From assembly GCA_050633245.1 (NCBI GenBank), contig JBOEGD010000010.1, positions 221,989 to 285,988 of the forward strand: DNA of 64,000 nt, written 5' to 3'. The position numbers were made by a program, and so were the translations under genes. Positions 55,868 to 64,000 of this stretch are shown piece by piece (position 1 is the first letter of the stretch; the number at the start of each line of letters is the position of its first letter). The notes beneath the pieces were generated by a model. The model was given only the letters and a program-made list of their open reading frames with translations. It was not told where the DNA came from and made no database searches. The DNA comes from Calditrichia bacterium. Lineage in GTDB: Bacteria; Calditrichota; Calditrichia; RBG-13-44-9; J075.

Positions 55868-56149
55868 ATGGACTCAACAACACGAACAAATCGAAACACT
55901 GTTGTTCGAGCGAGGACAGACTCTAAGCTAAAAGAGAACGCTGAAGGAATTTTAAAACAACTTGGTTTCACTATGTCTGACGCGATCAATATTTATCTGA
56001 ATATGATCGTTATGCATCGAGGTATTCCATTTGAGATAAAGATTCCTAGTGAGCTCACCCTGGAGACCTTCAAAAAGTCTGAAGCAGGAGAAGATTTAGA
56101 GCATGTCGGTAGCCTGGACAATCTCAAAAACTTAATCGACAAGCAATGA
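55868..56149 (+). CDS. dinJ: RelB/DinJ family antitoxin
   Basis: VRARTD..LKENAEGILKQLGFTMSDAINIYL..GIPFEI..PSELT. Confidence 0.9.
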   Translation: MDSTTRTNRNTVVRARTDSKLKENAEGILKQLGFTMSDAINIYLNMIVMHRGIPFEIKIPSELTLETFKKSEAGEDLEHVGSLDNLKNLIDKQ

Positions 56150-56153
56150 GGTA

Positions 56154-56432
56154 TTGGATGTGCTGAAAGTTGTCGTGACTGGACAGTTCAAAAAAGATAT
56201 TAGAAAGTCACTCAAACAAGGAAAAGCAGTAGAAGCTCTATTAACGGTTATGGGTTATTTGATACATCAACAACCTTTACCAGAGAATTTCAAGGATCAT
56301 CCTTTGGTTGGAGATCTGGTTGGTCGAAGAGACTGTCACTTGCAGCCCGATTTACTTTTGATCTATCGGGTCGAAGGTGAGAGGCTAATTTTGGAACGAA
56401 TGGGAAACCACTCGGAGCTGTTCAGAAAATAA
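56154..56432 (+). CDS. yafQ: YafQ family mRNA interferase toxin
   Basis: QFKKD, DHPL.G, RDCHLQPDLLLIY, RMGNHSELF; TTG start. Confidence 0.92.
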   Translation: MDVLKVVVTGQFKKDIRKSLKQGKAVEALLTVMGYLIHQQPLPENFKDHPLVGDLVGRRDCHLQPDLLLIYRVEGERLILERMGNHSELFRK

Positions 56433-56614
56433 GTCTTTCTTTGCTTCAAAAAGCGACTTCTATATGCCTTCTCAACCGCTCACCTTATCGCCCCGTCTCG
56501 CACTCTACTTGTAGACAGCTCTTGCCCACAACGAGTCTGACGTCTATATTTCGTTTGTCGATCTTCAATAGACTTATAACGTATTCCTGATCTTATCAGT
56601 AGCGGAGGCTTGAG

Positions 56615-56923
56615 ATGCTGGCTATAGAAAAACTGCACAGCGACAAAACTTTAAAAGTTACCAACTGGATTCTCGCAGGCATAATTGTTCTGGTAAACAT
56701 TTACTTCCTTCCACTAAGCCTGAACTTGTATACCAGCACTGGTGGTCCGATGGGCATTGGTCTTTTATTATTGCCAGCAACCCTTTCAATCAATTTCTTG
56801 CTCATCACCGCATTTCCGGTTTTCAATTCTAAATACCATACAAGTCGTGGACTTCTGTTTTTAAACGGATTTGGAGTTCTATGGTCTTTCTTCTGGATGT
56901 GGCTTTCGGTAACGGCAGCTTAG
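56615..56923 (+). CDS. Small three-TM hypothetical protein
   Basis: GGAGG RBS, three hydrophobic segments, GGPMG loop. Confidence 0.65.
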   Translation: MLAIEKLHSDKTLKVTNWILAGIIVLVNIYFLPLSLNLYTSTGGPMGIGLLLLPATLSINFLLITAFPVFNSKYHTSRGLLFLNGFGVLWSFFWMWLSVTAA

Positions 56924-57000
56924 GATAACGCCATTTCATTTGGCAAATTGCCTCGGATCGCTTACACTAGAATAAGCAAACCTAACGCCGAGGTCGGATA

Positions 57001-57831
57001 ATGAATCCCAACATTTCAAGCGCATTTACAAAGGTAGAAGATACAAACATCCACTATCTGACCGTCGGCAAGGGCGAGACAATTCTCTTTCTGCACGGCT
57101 GGCCAACCTCTTCTTATCTATGGCGAGATATGATGCAGGCACTATCCGAGAAGTATCAGGTGATAGCAATGGATCTGCCGGGATTTGGAAAGTCTGATAA
57201 AAGACCAGAAGATTCCTACAGCTTTCGCTACTACGAACGTATCATTAGCGGCTTTCTGAAGAACTTAAAGATCGAGAAGATAACGCTCGGCGTTCATGAT
57301 CTCGGCGGTCCGCTTGGTCTCTATTGGATGATTCAGCATATGGAACAGGTGAATCGGCTGATCCTGTTCAACACGCTGGTTTATCCGCAGTTCTCCAATA
57401 TGGTCAAGCTCTTTGGCCTTTCAACGATGCTGCCGGGAATAAGGCATTATTTGAGTAGCGCTGCAGGACTAAAAAAAGCAATGCTTTTTGGCGTATATCA
57501 AAAAGACAAGCTGACGGATGAAGCGATAGAAAACTATCAGGCGCCTTTTATAGAAAGTGATTCCAGAAAGGCACTGCTAAAAACGGTGCAGCGTCTCAGC
57601 AAAAAAGGATTTGAGGAAATCAGCGCCAAGCTGAAAGGATTCAAAGGCCCGGTGCAAATATTGTATGGAGAAGATGACAAGATTCTTCCAAAGGTCGCCG
57701 ACACCATGCAGCGCGTAAAAAAGGACCTGCCGCAAGCTCATATCAAATCGTTCCCAAACTGTGGCCACTTTCTTCAGGAAGAAATACCCGATCAGCTGGC
57801 TGAAGCAGTGCTGGAGTTTATGGTAACTTAG
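57001..57831 (+). CDS. Alpha/beta hydrolase (haloalkane dehalogenase/epoxide hydrolase-like)
   Basis: LHGWPTSSYLWR, DLPGFGKSD, nucleophile HDLGG, GHFLQEE. Confidence 0.9.
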   Translation: MNPNISSAFTKVEDTNIHYLTVGKGETILFLHGWPTSSYLWRDMMQALSEKYQVIAMDLPGFGKSDKRPEDSYSFRYYERIISGFLKNLKIEKITLGVHDLGGPLGLYWMIQHMEQVNRLILFNTLVYPQFSNMVKLFGLSTMLPGIRHYLSSAAGLKKAMLFGVYQKDKLTDEAIENYQAPFIESDSRKALLKTVQRLSKKGFEEISAKLKGFKGPVQILYGEDDKILPKVADTMQRVKKDLPQAHIKSFPNCGHFLQEEIPDQLAEAVLEFMVT

Positions 57832-57893
57832 ATTTGCGCGATAAATAAATGCTTCTAAACCTGTTTTTATGATAAAGGCTGTCTATACCTGTT

Positions 57894-58736
57894 ATGAAAA
57901 AACGCTTTCTACTCCTAGCACTTGCGTTCCTCTTCGCAACCATGTTTTCTGCCGGCTACATGAACTACCACCAGTTAAACATCAACGATGTTGCACTCAG
58001 TGTTCTGAGCAAGATAAAGAAGATCCAGGGTAATGAGGTCGACCTGCAAGCCATTAAGACAGCAGATTCACCCATCGTTAATCATGACATCTGGACAACA
58101 CTCCTGCAACAACATGTCAGCGAAACCGGAGATGTAGACTATGATGCTATTCTTGCGGACAGCGATTTATTCGAAAGCTATCTGCAGGAATTGAGTAATC
58201 ATCCTCCCGGCGCAAACTGGAGCAAGAATGAAAAGATCGCCTACTGGATAAATGCCTACAATGCCTTCACGGTAAAACTGATTTTAGATTTTTATCCGCT
58301 GAAAAGCATTAAAGACATTAGCAGTGGATTACCGATGCTGAATTCTCCCTGGGATCTTAAGTTCTTCAAAATTGCAGGCGTGGCATTCGATCTGAATACC
58401 ATTGAGCATGAGATTCTGCGTAAGGACTTTAACGAACCGCGCATTCACTTCGCCATCAACTGCGCCTCGTTTTCCTGTCCGAAGTTGCTAAATATGGCTT
58501 TTACTGCTGATTCTCTGGAAACTCAGCTGGAAGCACAAACGAGAGCCTTCCTGAATAACCCGGATAAGAATATCATCACAGATAAAGAAATCCGGGTGTC
58601 GAAGATCTTCAGCTGGTTTCAGCGAGATTTTGGTGGGCAGAATGGCGTGCTTGCCTTCATTCAAAAATATCGTCCTGAGCTCAATAAGGAAAACCCGGTT
58701 GAGTATTTGGATTATAATTGGGGCTTGAATAATTGA
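57894..58736 (+). CDS. DUF547 domain protein
   Basis: AYWINAYNA, LNTIEH.ILR, EPRIHFAINCASFSCP, SKIFSWF..DF, YNWGLN. Confidence 0.9.
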   Translation: MKKRFLLLALAFLFATMFSAGYMNYHQLNINDVALSVLSKIKKIQGNEVDLQAIKTADSPIVNHDIWTTLLQQHVSETGDVDYDAILADSDLFESYLQELSNHPPGANWSKNEKIAYWINAYNAFTVKLILDFYPLKSIKDISSGLPMLNSPWDLKFFKIAGVAFDLNTIEHEILRKDFNEPRIHFAINCASFSCPKLLNMAFTADSLETQLEAQTRAFLNNPDKNIITDKEIRVSKIFSWFQRDFGGQNGVLAFIQKYRPELNKENPVEYLDYNWGLNN

Positions 58737-58926
58737 CTCTTTCACTGACCGTGAACCTCAATGGAGTTTATCCTGGGTTCTATGAAAGACTAAAGATATA
58801 ATCCGTTGAAAGGAATGCTCCCAAAACAAGCTCTTGCTGGAAACCTGGTCGGTCTCTATATTCACATATATGTAATCTTTAAAAACAACCCCTCTGAGCA
58901 ATGCTTGATACTAAAACGAGAAACCA

Positions 58927-59925
58927 ATGAAAAATAAATTCCTGGCAATACTTGAAGTCATTGGAGTTTTGGTAATTGGTTGGACATTAACACGAATCCT
59001 GGTTACAGCACTTGGCGTACCTCCTCTCCAAGAATATTTAGACAAAGCCATTTTAAGCGATAACCCGGATTTTCTTTACCTTTCAAAAATTGGTTTCCTT
59101 ACACTGTTGATACAGTTCCTCTGCTTAATGATTCCTGCATACATAATAACCAAGCTGCTGCATAAGGGAGGATTAAAAAGCTTTGGAATTACCACAGGAA
59201 ATAAACCGCTAAAAGAGACTGTTTTAACTGGCTTTGTGCTCTTTTGCTTATTAGGTATTCCAATGAAACTTTTGCTCATTGCCAATCATTTTACAAACCT
59301 GGGGATGATTCCAAGCTATTGGGAAGTATTCAATAAAGATTGGAACGTGGGATTTTGGATTTTTATGGCAGTTGGCAGTTATGCTGTTATCCCGGTATTT
59401 GAAGAATTATTTTACCGGGGATACGCGCAGTTCAGACTTGAAAAAGAGTTTAAGTTTTTTGCCATACTATTCATTTCGTTGCTTTTTACCCTAAGTCATT
59501 TTCAATATTTCATTCCTGATATGTTTAATATTGGCATGTTATTCTCCCTTTTTTTGCTTGCCATTGGAATGGCATTTTCAAGGTACCTGAATGTGTCAAT
59601 AATTGCACCGATAGTTATTCATTCATTAATGAATATTCCCTTAAAATATCCTTATGATCTGTTTGTACTGGCAGCCATGATTCTTGGTTTAGTAATATTG
59701 AGAAAAAGAGTTGCAAAGCTCATTACAGATTCAATTGATGAATCAAAAAATACAAACTATCTAGAAAATTCTTTGTTCTTGATAATTATTCTAGCATTCG
59801 CACTAGGAATGAATTTTACACCTGAGATTACATTGATAGCATTCATATTTTTATTTATTGTTTCTCTGATCGTCCAAATTCTGAGTAAAAGAGGACATAA
59901 AGTAAAGGCCACGGACAATTCATAA
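58927..59925 (+). CDS. CPBP (CAAX/Abi) family intramembrane metalloprotease
   Basis: EELFYRG, FTLSH, HSLMN, many TMs; very AT-rich. Confidence 0.88.
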   Translation: MKNKFLAILEVIGVLVIGWTLTRILVTALGVPPLQEYLDKAILSDNPDFLYLSKIGFLTLLIQFLCLMIPAYIITKLLHKGGLKSFGITTGNKPLKETVLTGFVLFCLLGIPMKLLLIANHFTNLGMIPSYWEVFNKDWNVGFWIFMAVGSYAVIPVFEELFYRGYAQFRLEKEFKFFAILFISLLFTLSHFQYFIPDMFNIGMLFSLFLLAIGMAFSRYLNVSIIAPIVIHSLMNIPLKYPYDLFVLAAMILGLVILRKRVAKLITDSIDESKNTNYLENSLFLIIILAFALGMNFTPEITLIAFIFLFIVSLIVQILSKRGHKVKATDNS

Positions 59926-60318
59926 TTTAATAACCAAGACAGAGTAAAAGTCCTCCCCTCTCTCAATCACTACAACATCAACCACATTATTGGGAACCAG
60001 ACACCCGATCAGCTCCGACCTGTTGGGACGCGCCAGAAGCAAAGCATCCAATAGATCCCGAAGGGACGCCCCATAAGCGAAGTGCCCAAGAAGTCCTTGC
60101 TCACCTCTTTACCCGCACTTATATTCTAAAATATTCCACGAAAAACTACGGGTGTTATCCTCTCTATATATGAGGTTTCATACCCAAAAAGGCATACAAA
60201 GTTAATTTCTTTCGAAAAATAGAGTTCATTAATCTTTTACGGAGTTGAAAGAATATTGCAAAGGGCGTTCCTATGCAGCACGGTCAACTTACGCCCCGCA
60301 TATTCTTTAATTTGCCAC

Positions 60319-62109
60319 ATGAATACAACAGCGATTGAATTAGGCTTAAAGCTTTTTAGTGCCGTTCCAAAGAACACATCCCAAGCGACCTCTTTTGAGA
60401 CGTCTCTGAAATACGGTGTAATTGTCGACAGACATGCTTCTTACGCACAGGCAGAGATACTCAACTATTTTGTAAAGAACAAACTAAGCGCCGAGCAGTT
60501 GAATGCAACTTTCCACAAGTCCTGGCAAGTAATTGAAAATAGCAGCCGTCAGGAATTGTTCGTTCATCAAATTCTGCACTATCTCACCACATACGGAACA
60601 GATTTCACCTCTGAGTTCGTATATTTTCCGGCTGAGCATCTATCGCTTCCTAAAGCGACAAAGATTCCGCTTCGCGTTGTTCGGGGAATCGAGTCGGCTG
60701 AGTTAATTAATATGGCCTTAGACATGCTCAGTAGCGGTATTGCTCTGGATGAAATAACGCTGGATGATCTGCTGGATTTATTGGATGCGCTGGACTATAA
60801 ATTCACTTCCGTTAGCCATATTAAAAATAAAGAAGCATCCGTAAAGGTTATTTCCAGAACAGGAATTTATCCGGACAGCCCTGTTGAGTTTTTACGCTTC
60901 CTCGTCTACCTCTCAACCGGGACAACACTGTTGATAAAGAATGACGAAACGATTAAGGCAATAAAAGAATCTGAACTACCTATTGCTGAACATGTAGCGG
61001 CGTTCGGACTTAAAAAATGTGCTGAAATCTTTAATCGATTTAAGCCGCTCTGGCTGTCATTCAAGACAAACAGGACAAACAGGGCGGCAATTAATGAAAT
61101 AAACAGGCTCGCCAAAAGACATCATAAACCGATGCCGGTCGATGTCTTAAATTCAGTAACGTCTATTTCATACAGCACTACAGAAGTTCTCGAGGCACTA
61201 CAACAGGTTAATAACTTTAGGAAGATACGACTGCTCAATGCATTGAATATTCGACTGAATGCAGCAGATACGTTCTTATACCGAATACGAAACGGCAAGT
61301 CTTTTTCCAAAGAGAAACACACCAACAAGTCAGCTCTGTATTATCGTACGATGTTTAATTTGGTTTACGAGAATCTGCTTGATTCTTTGGATTTGGCCGG
61401 AAAGAAAGTAGCTTATCCTGAAAACATTGACTATGCACTACCAGTTTCGGAGAAGATGTTTGTAGGCAATTTTCCTGTTGGAACCAAAATTACATCGGAG
61501 AATTTAGCCTCAGGAATTTATTGGGAGAATAAGTGGGGCGCGAATGATCTTGACTTGTCTGCGCTGCAGCTGTCTGGGAAAGTCGGTTGGAATAGTGTCT
61601 TTAAGTCGAAGGGACTGCTGTATTCGGGAGATATAACGGATGCGCCAAATGGCGCAACAGAACTCCTGTATACAAAAAAGAACCTGCCTAATCCCGCTTT
61701 ATCAATTGCTAATATCTATTCCGGCACCCTGGGCTGCAAGTTCAAAATAATTATTGGATCCGCACCGCGTGTTCGGGAGAACTACATGTTTGACCCAAAT
61801 GAATTAATTTTGGAAGCCGAATCGACAATGAAAGGCAGCCAGCAAATTCTCGGCTTATTTTTACCCGAAGAAGGTAACACAGTTAGTTTTGTTATTATTA
61901 ATACGGTCTTCGGCAGCATGAGCGTCAGTTCCAATTCGATTCACAATCAGAATGCCAGGAAAGCGCTTTACTTTCAATACGCGTCTCCGATATCCATGAG
62001 AAAACTGCTTACCGATGCTGGTGCCATTTTAGTTTCCGACGAGAAGTCAGAAATCAACCTGATGCCCCATCACCTCTCGAAGAGCACAATTGTGACGATC
62101 TTCAGCTAG
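60319..62109 (+). CDS. Hypothetical protein with a TerD-like C-terminal domain
   Basis: GIYWEN..DLDLSA..GWN..LYSGDITDAPNGATE resembles TerD-type motifs; helical N-terminal region. Confidence 0.6.
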   Translation: MNTTAIELGLKLFSAVPKNTSQATSFETSLKYGVIVDRHASYAQAEILNYFVKNKLSAEQLNATFHKSWQVIENSSRQELFVHQILHYLTTYGTDFTSEFVYFPAEHLSLPKATKIPLRVVRGIESAELINMALDMLSSGIALDEITLDDLLDLLDALDYKFTSVSHIKNKEASVKVISRTGIYPDSPVEFLRFLVYLSTGTTLLIKNDETIKAIKESELPIAEHVAAFGLKKCAEIFNRFKPLWLSFKTNRTNRAAINEINRLAKRHHKPMPVDVLNSVTSISYSTTEVLEALQQVNNFRKIRLLNALNIRLNAADTFLYRIRNGKSFSKEKHTNKSALYYRTMFNLVYENLLDSLDLAGKKVAYPENIDYALPVSEKMFVGNFPVGTKITSENLASGIYWENKWGANDLDLSALQLSGKVGWNSVFKSKGLLYSGDITDAPNGATELLYTKKNLPNPALSIANIYSGTLGCKFKIIIGSAPRVRENYMFDPNELILEAESTMKGSQQILGLFLPEEGNTVSFVIINTVFGSMSVSSNSIHNQNARKALYFQYASPISMRKLLTDAGAILVSDEKSEINLMPHHLSKSTIVTIFS

Positions 62110-62308
62110 AGACAGGAAATCTCAATACATCGAGCCCGGCTCCCAAATTACTTCCTATCCTGAAAAAGCATCTCTCATATATCGGCAACTCGAATAAGCC
62201 CTTATCGCAGAGCCCTATTAACCAGCTCTGGCTTCGACTCCGCTCTGGCTGACGCTTTCGGTCGCCTTGTCTCCTTGTCTCCTTGTCCATCAATGCGTAT
62301 AATTTTAT

Positions 62309-63850
62309 ATGAAAAAACAATCCCTATTCCCCGCATTGCTGACAGCGTTTGTATTACTTTTTCTGTCGTGCAATAATCAGTCGAGTAGTAAAATGACTGT
62401 CATCGATTTAGACGAACTAACCGTCGCTCAAATTCATCAGGCCTACGAAGACGGTGACTACACTTCCGAGCAGCTTACCGCGGCCTATTTCGCACGGATT
62501 GATAGCCTTGACCAGTCCACCACGCTCAATGCGATTGTGGTAAAAAATCCCGATGCGCTGAAGCGCGCTCGCGAGCTCGATGAAGAGTATGCCAAAACCG
62601 GCAAGCTACGGCCAATGCACGGTATTCCGGTAATTGTGAAGGACAACTATCACACAATGGGACTGCAAACAGCCGGCGGTTCAATTGTGCTTAAAGGTTT
62701 TGAACCAAAAGACGATGCCTGGCAGGTTGCGAAGCTTAAAGAGGCTGGTGCTATTGTGCTGGTAAAATCCAACATGGGTGAATGGGCATTCAGCGCAAAA
62801 CACACCAACAGCTCGCTAATTGGAACGACGCGCAATCCCTACAATACCGATCACGTGCCGGCCGGCTCCAGCGGTGGAACCGCGGCAGGTGTGGCAGCCA
62901 ACTTTGGTGCAGTCGGACTCGGAACAGATACCGGAAACTCCATACGTGGACCGTCTTCACATAACGCACTGGTGGGATTTCGCTCTACGCTGGGCCTTAC
63001 CAGTCGGCATGGGATTATCCCGCTCTATATGCGCAACGACGTCGGCGGGCCAATGTGTCGCACCGTTGAGGATGCCACGCGCATTCTGGAACTGATTGCC
63101 GGATACGATCCCGCCGATCCGCTGACAAAGCATAGCGAAGGCCGTGTCGCCGAAAGCTACATGGCGCATCTAAAGAAGGACGGTCTGAAGGGAAAACGTA
63201 TCGGTGTGCTGCGTCAACTCAGCGAGCGCGATTCTCACCCTTCCATTCAAAAGTTGTTTAACACTGCCGTTGAAGATTTAGAGAAACTGGGTGCCGAAAT
63301 TGTCGACCCGTTCGACATTCCGAATTTCGACGAGGTGCGTAAAGATCAGTGGTGCTCTGAGTTCCGTGTAGACATCGAGGAATGGCTGGCAGCAAATCAT
63401 CCAACGTTACGCACATTGGAAGACATTATTGCAGCTGGCACGCCAACGCCTTCGGCAGCTGAAGGGCTGGAGTATTTTCTCACCAACGCCGGGCGTGGTG
63501 ATGATTCTGCCGTTCCCTGCGGTGATGCCTATAGCGATCCGAAACGCATTGCCTACCGCAAAGCGATCGAGGGTGAAATGGATCGGCTGAAAGTTGATGC
63601 CATTATCTACCCAAGCTGGGGACATCCACCGGCAAAGATCGAACTGTTTGAGGAAGGATATCTGGGAGATAATAGTCAGATCATCGCGCCACATACCGGC
63701 CAACCGGCGTTTACCGTTCCAATGGGATTTAGCGAAGGCAATTTACCGGCAGGTCTACAGATCCTGGGCAGGATGTACGATGAGCCAACGCTAATCGAGA
63801 TCGCCTATGGCTATGAGCAGGGAACGATGCATCGCAGGAAACCGTATTAG
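62309..63850 (+). CDS. Amidase signature family lipoprotein
   Basis: Lipobox FLSC; HGIPVIVKDN, TRNPY..PAGSSGG, LGTDTGNSIRGPS, LPAGLQILG. Confidence 0.92.
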   Translation: MKKQSLFPALLTAFVLLFLSCNNQSSSKMTVIDLDELTVAQIHQAYEDGDYTSEQLTAAYFARIDSLDQSTTLNAIVVKNPDALKRARELDEEYAKTGKLRPMHGIPVIVKDNYHTMGLQTAGGSIVLKGFEPKDDAWQVAKLKEAGAIVLVKSNMGEWAFSAKHTNSSLIGTTRNPYNTDHVPAGSSGGTAAGVAANFGAVGLGTDTGNSIRGPSSHNALVGFRSTLGLTSRHGIIPLYMRNDVGGPMCRTVEDATRILELIAGYDPADPLTKHSEGRVAESYMAHLKKDGLKGKRIGVLRQLSERDSHPSIQKLFNTAVEDLEKLGAEIVDPFDIPNFDEVRKDQWCSEFRVDIEEWLAANHPTLRTLEDIIAAGTPTPSAAEGLEYFLTNAGRGDDSAVPCGDAYSDPKRIAYRKAIEGEMDRLKVDAIIYPSWGHPPAKIELFEEGYLGDNSQIIAPHTGQPAFTVPMGFSEGNLPAGLQILGRMYDEPTLIEIAYGYEQGTMHRRKPY

Positions 63851-63929
63851 TGAGACGATGGGGTGACAAGGAGACTTGAGGATGGGGCGAAAGCTAGCCG
63901 CGTCAGGCTGAGCGGAGTCGAAGTCTAGC

Positions 63930-64000
63930 GGCAACTAAAACACGGCAATGAAAAGACGGCAGAGAAAACACGGCAATTAAAACACGGCAATTAAAAGACG
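63930..64000 (+). repeat. Degenerate 14-bp tandem repeat (AAAASACGGCAATT), truncated by the window end
   Basis: Seen directly. Confidence 0.85.

Noticed and set aside
53990-62310. Canonical integron cassette array
   Set aside because: No integrase, no convincing paired RYYYAAC/GTTRRRY attC boxes by eye, and the genes have their own promoters

Overview
Bacterial window of about 45% GC (by eye). Two proteins end in NYPNPFNP/FlgD-type C-terminal tails, which suggests an FCB-group organism such as Calditrichota or a relative (inference). Four blocks are visible. (1) About 1.0-24.5 kb: an accessory island with a complete T2SS/type-IV-filament-like machine (secretin, PilM/N/O/P-like proteins, GspF, GspE, major and minor pseudopilins, prepilin peptidase, no PilT). 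It carries an internal sigma54 activator and an XRE regulator. It sits directly upstream of a signal-peptide-bearing tail-fibre-like protein, a ~2900-aa signal-peptide-bearing SpvB/RHS polymorphic toxin and a candidate immunity gene. A sigma54-type promoter and three regularly spaced GCAA-N7-TTGC palindromes precede the fibre-toxin pair. (2) About 24.6-36.4 kb: a form II coxSLM-like molybdenum hydroxylase cluster with coxG/D/E and moaDE, interrupted by a cohesin/dockerin gene pair. (3) About 36.7-43.8 kb: a lipid-storage-like cluster (WS/DGAT, HMG-CoA reductase, START protein, phasin, DUF445). (4) About 45-53.5 kb: a probable sigma54-driven envelope operon with three small beta-barrels, a hydrazine-synthase-alpha-like diheme lipoprotein, TlpA, DUF4266, DUF3570 and an NHL/FlgD protein. 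It is followed by self-promoted accessory genes (DinJ-YafQ, hydrolases, a TerD-like protein, an amidase) separated by REP-like and short tandem repeats. All family calls come from motif recognition by eye, not from database searches. No rRNA, tRNA, CRISPR array or transposase was recognised.
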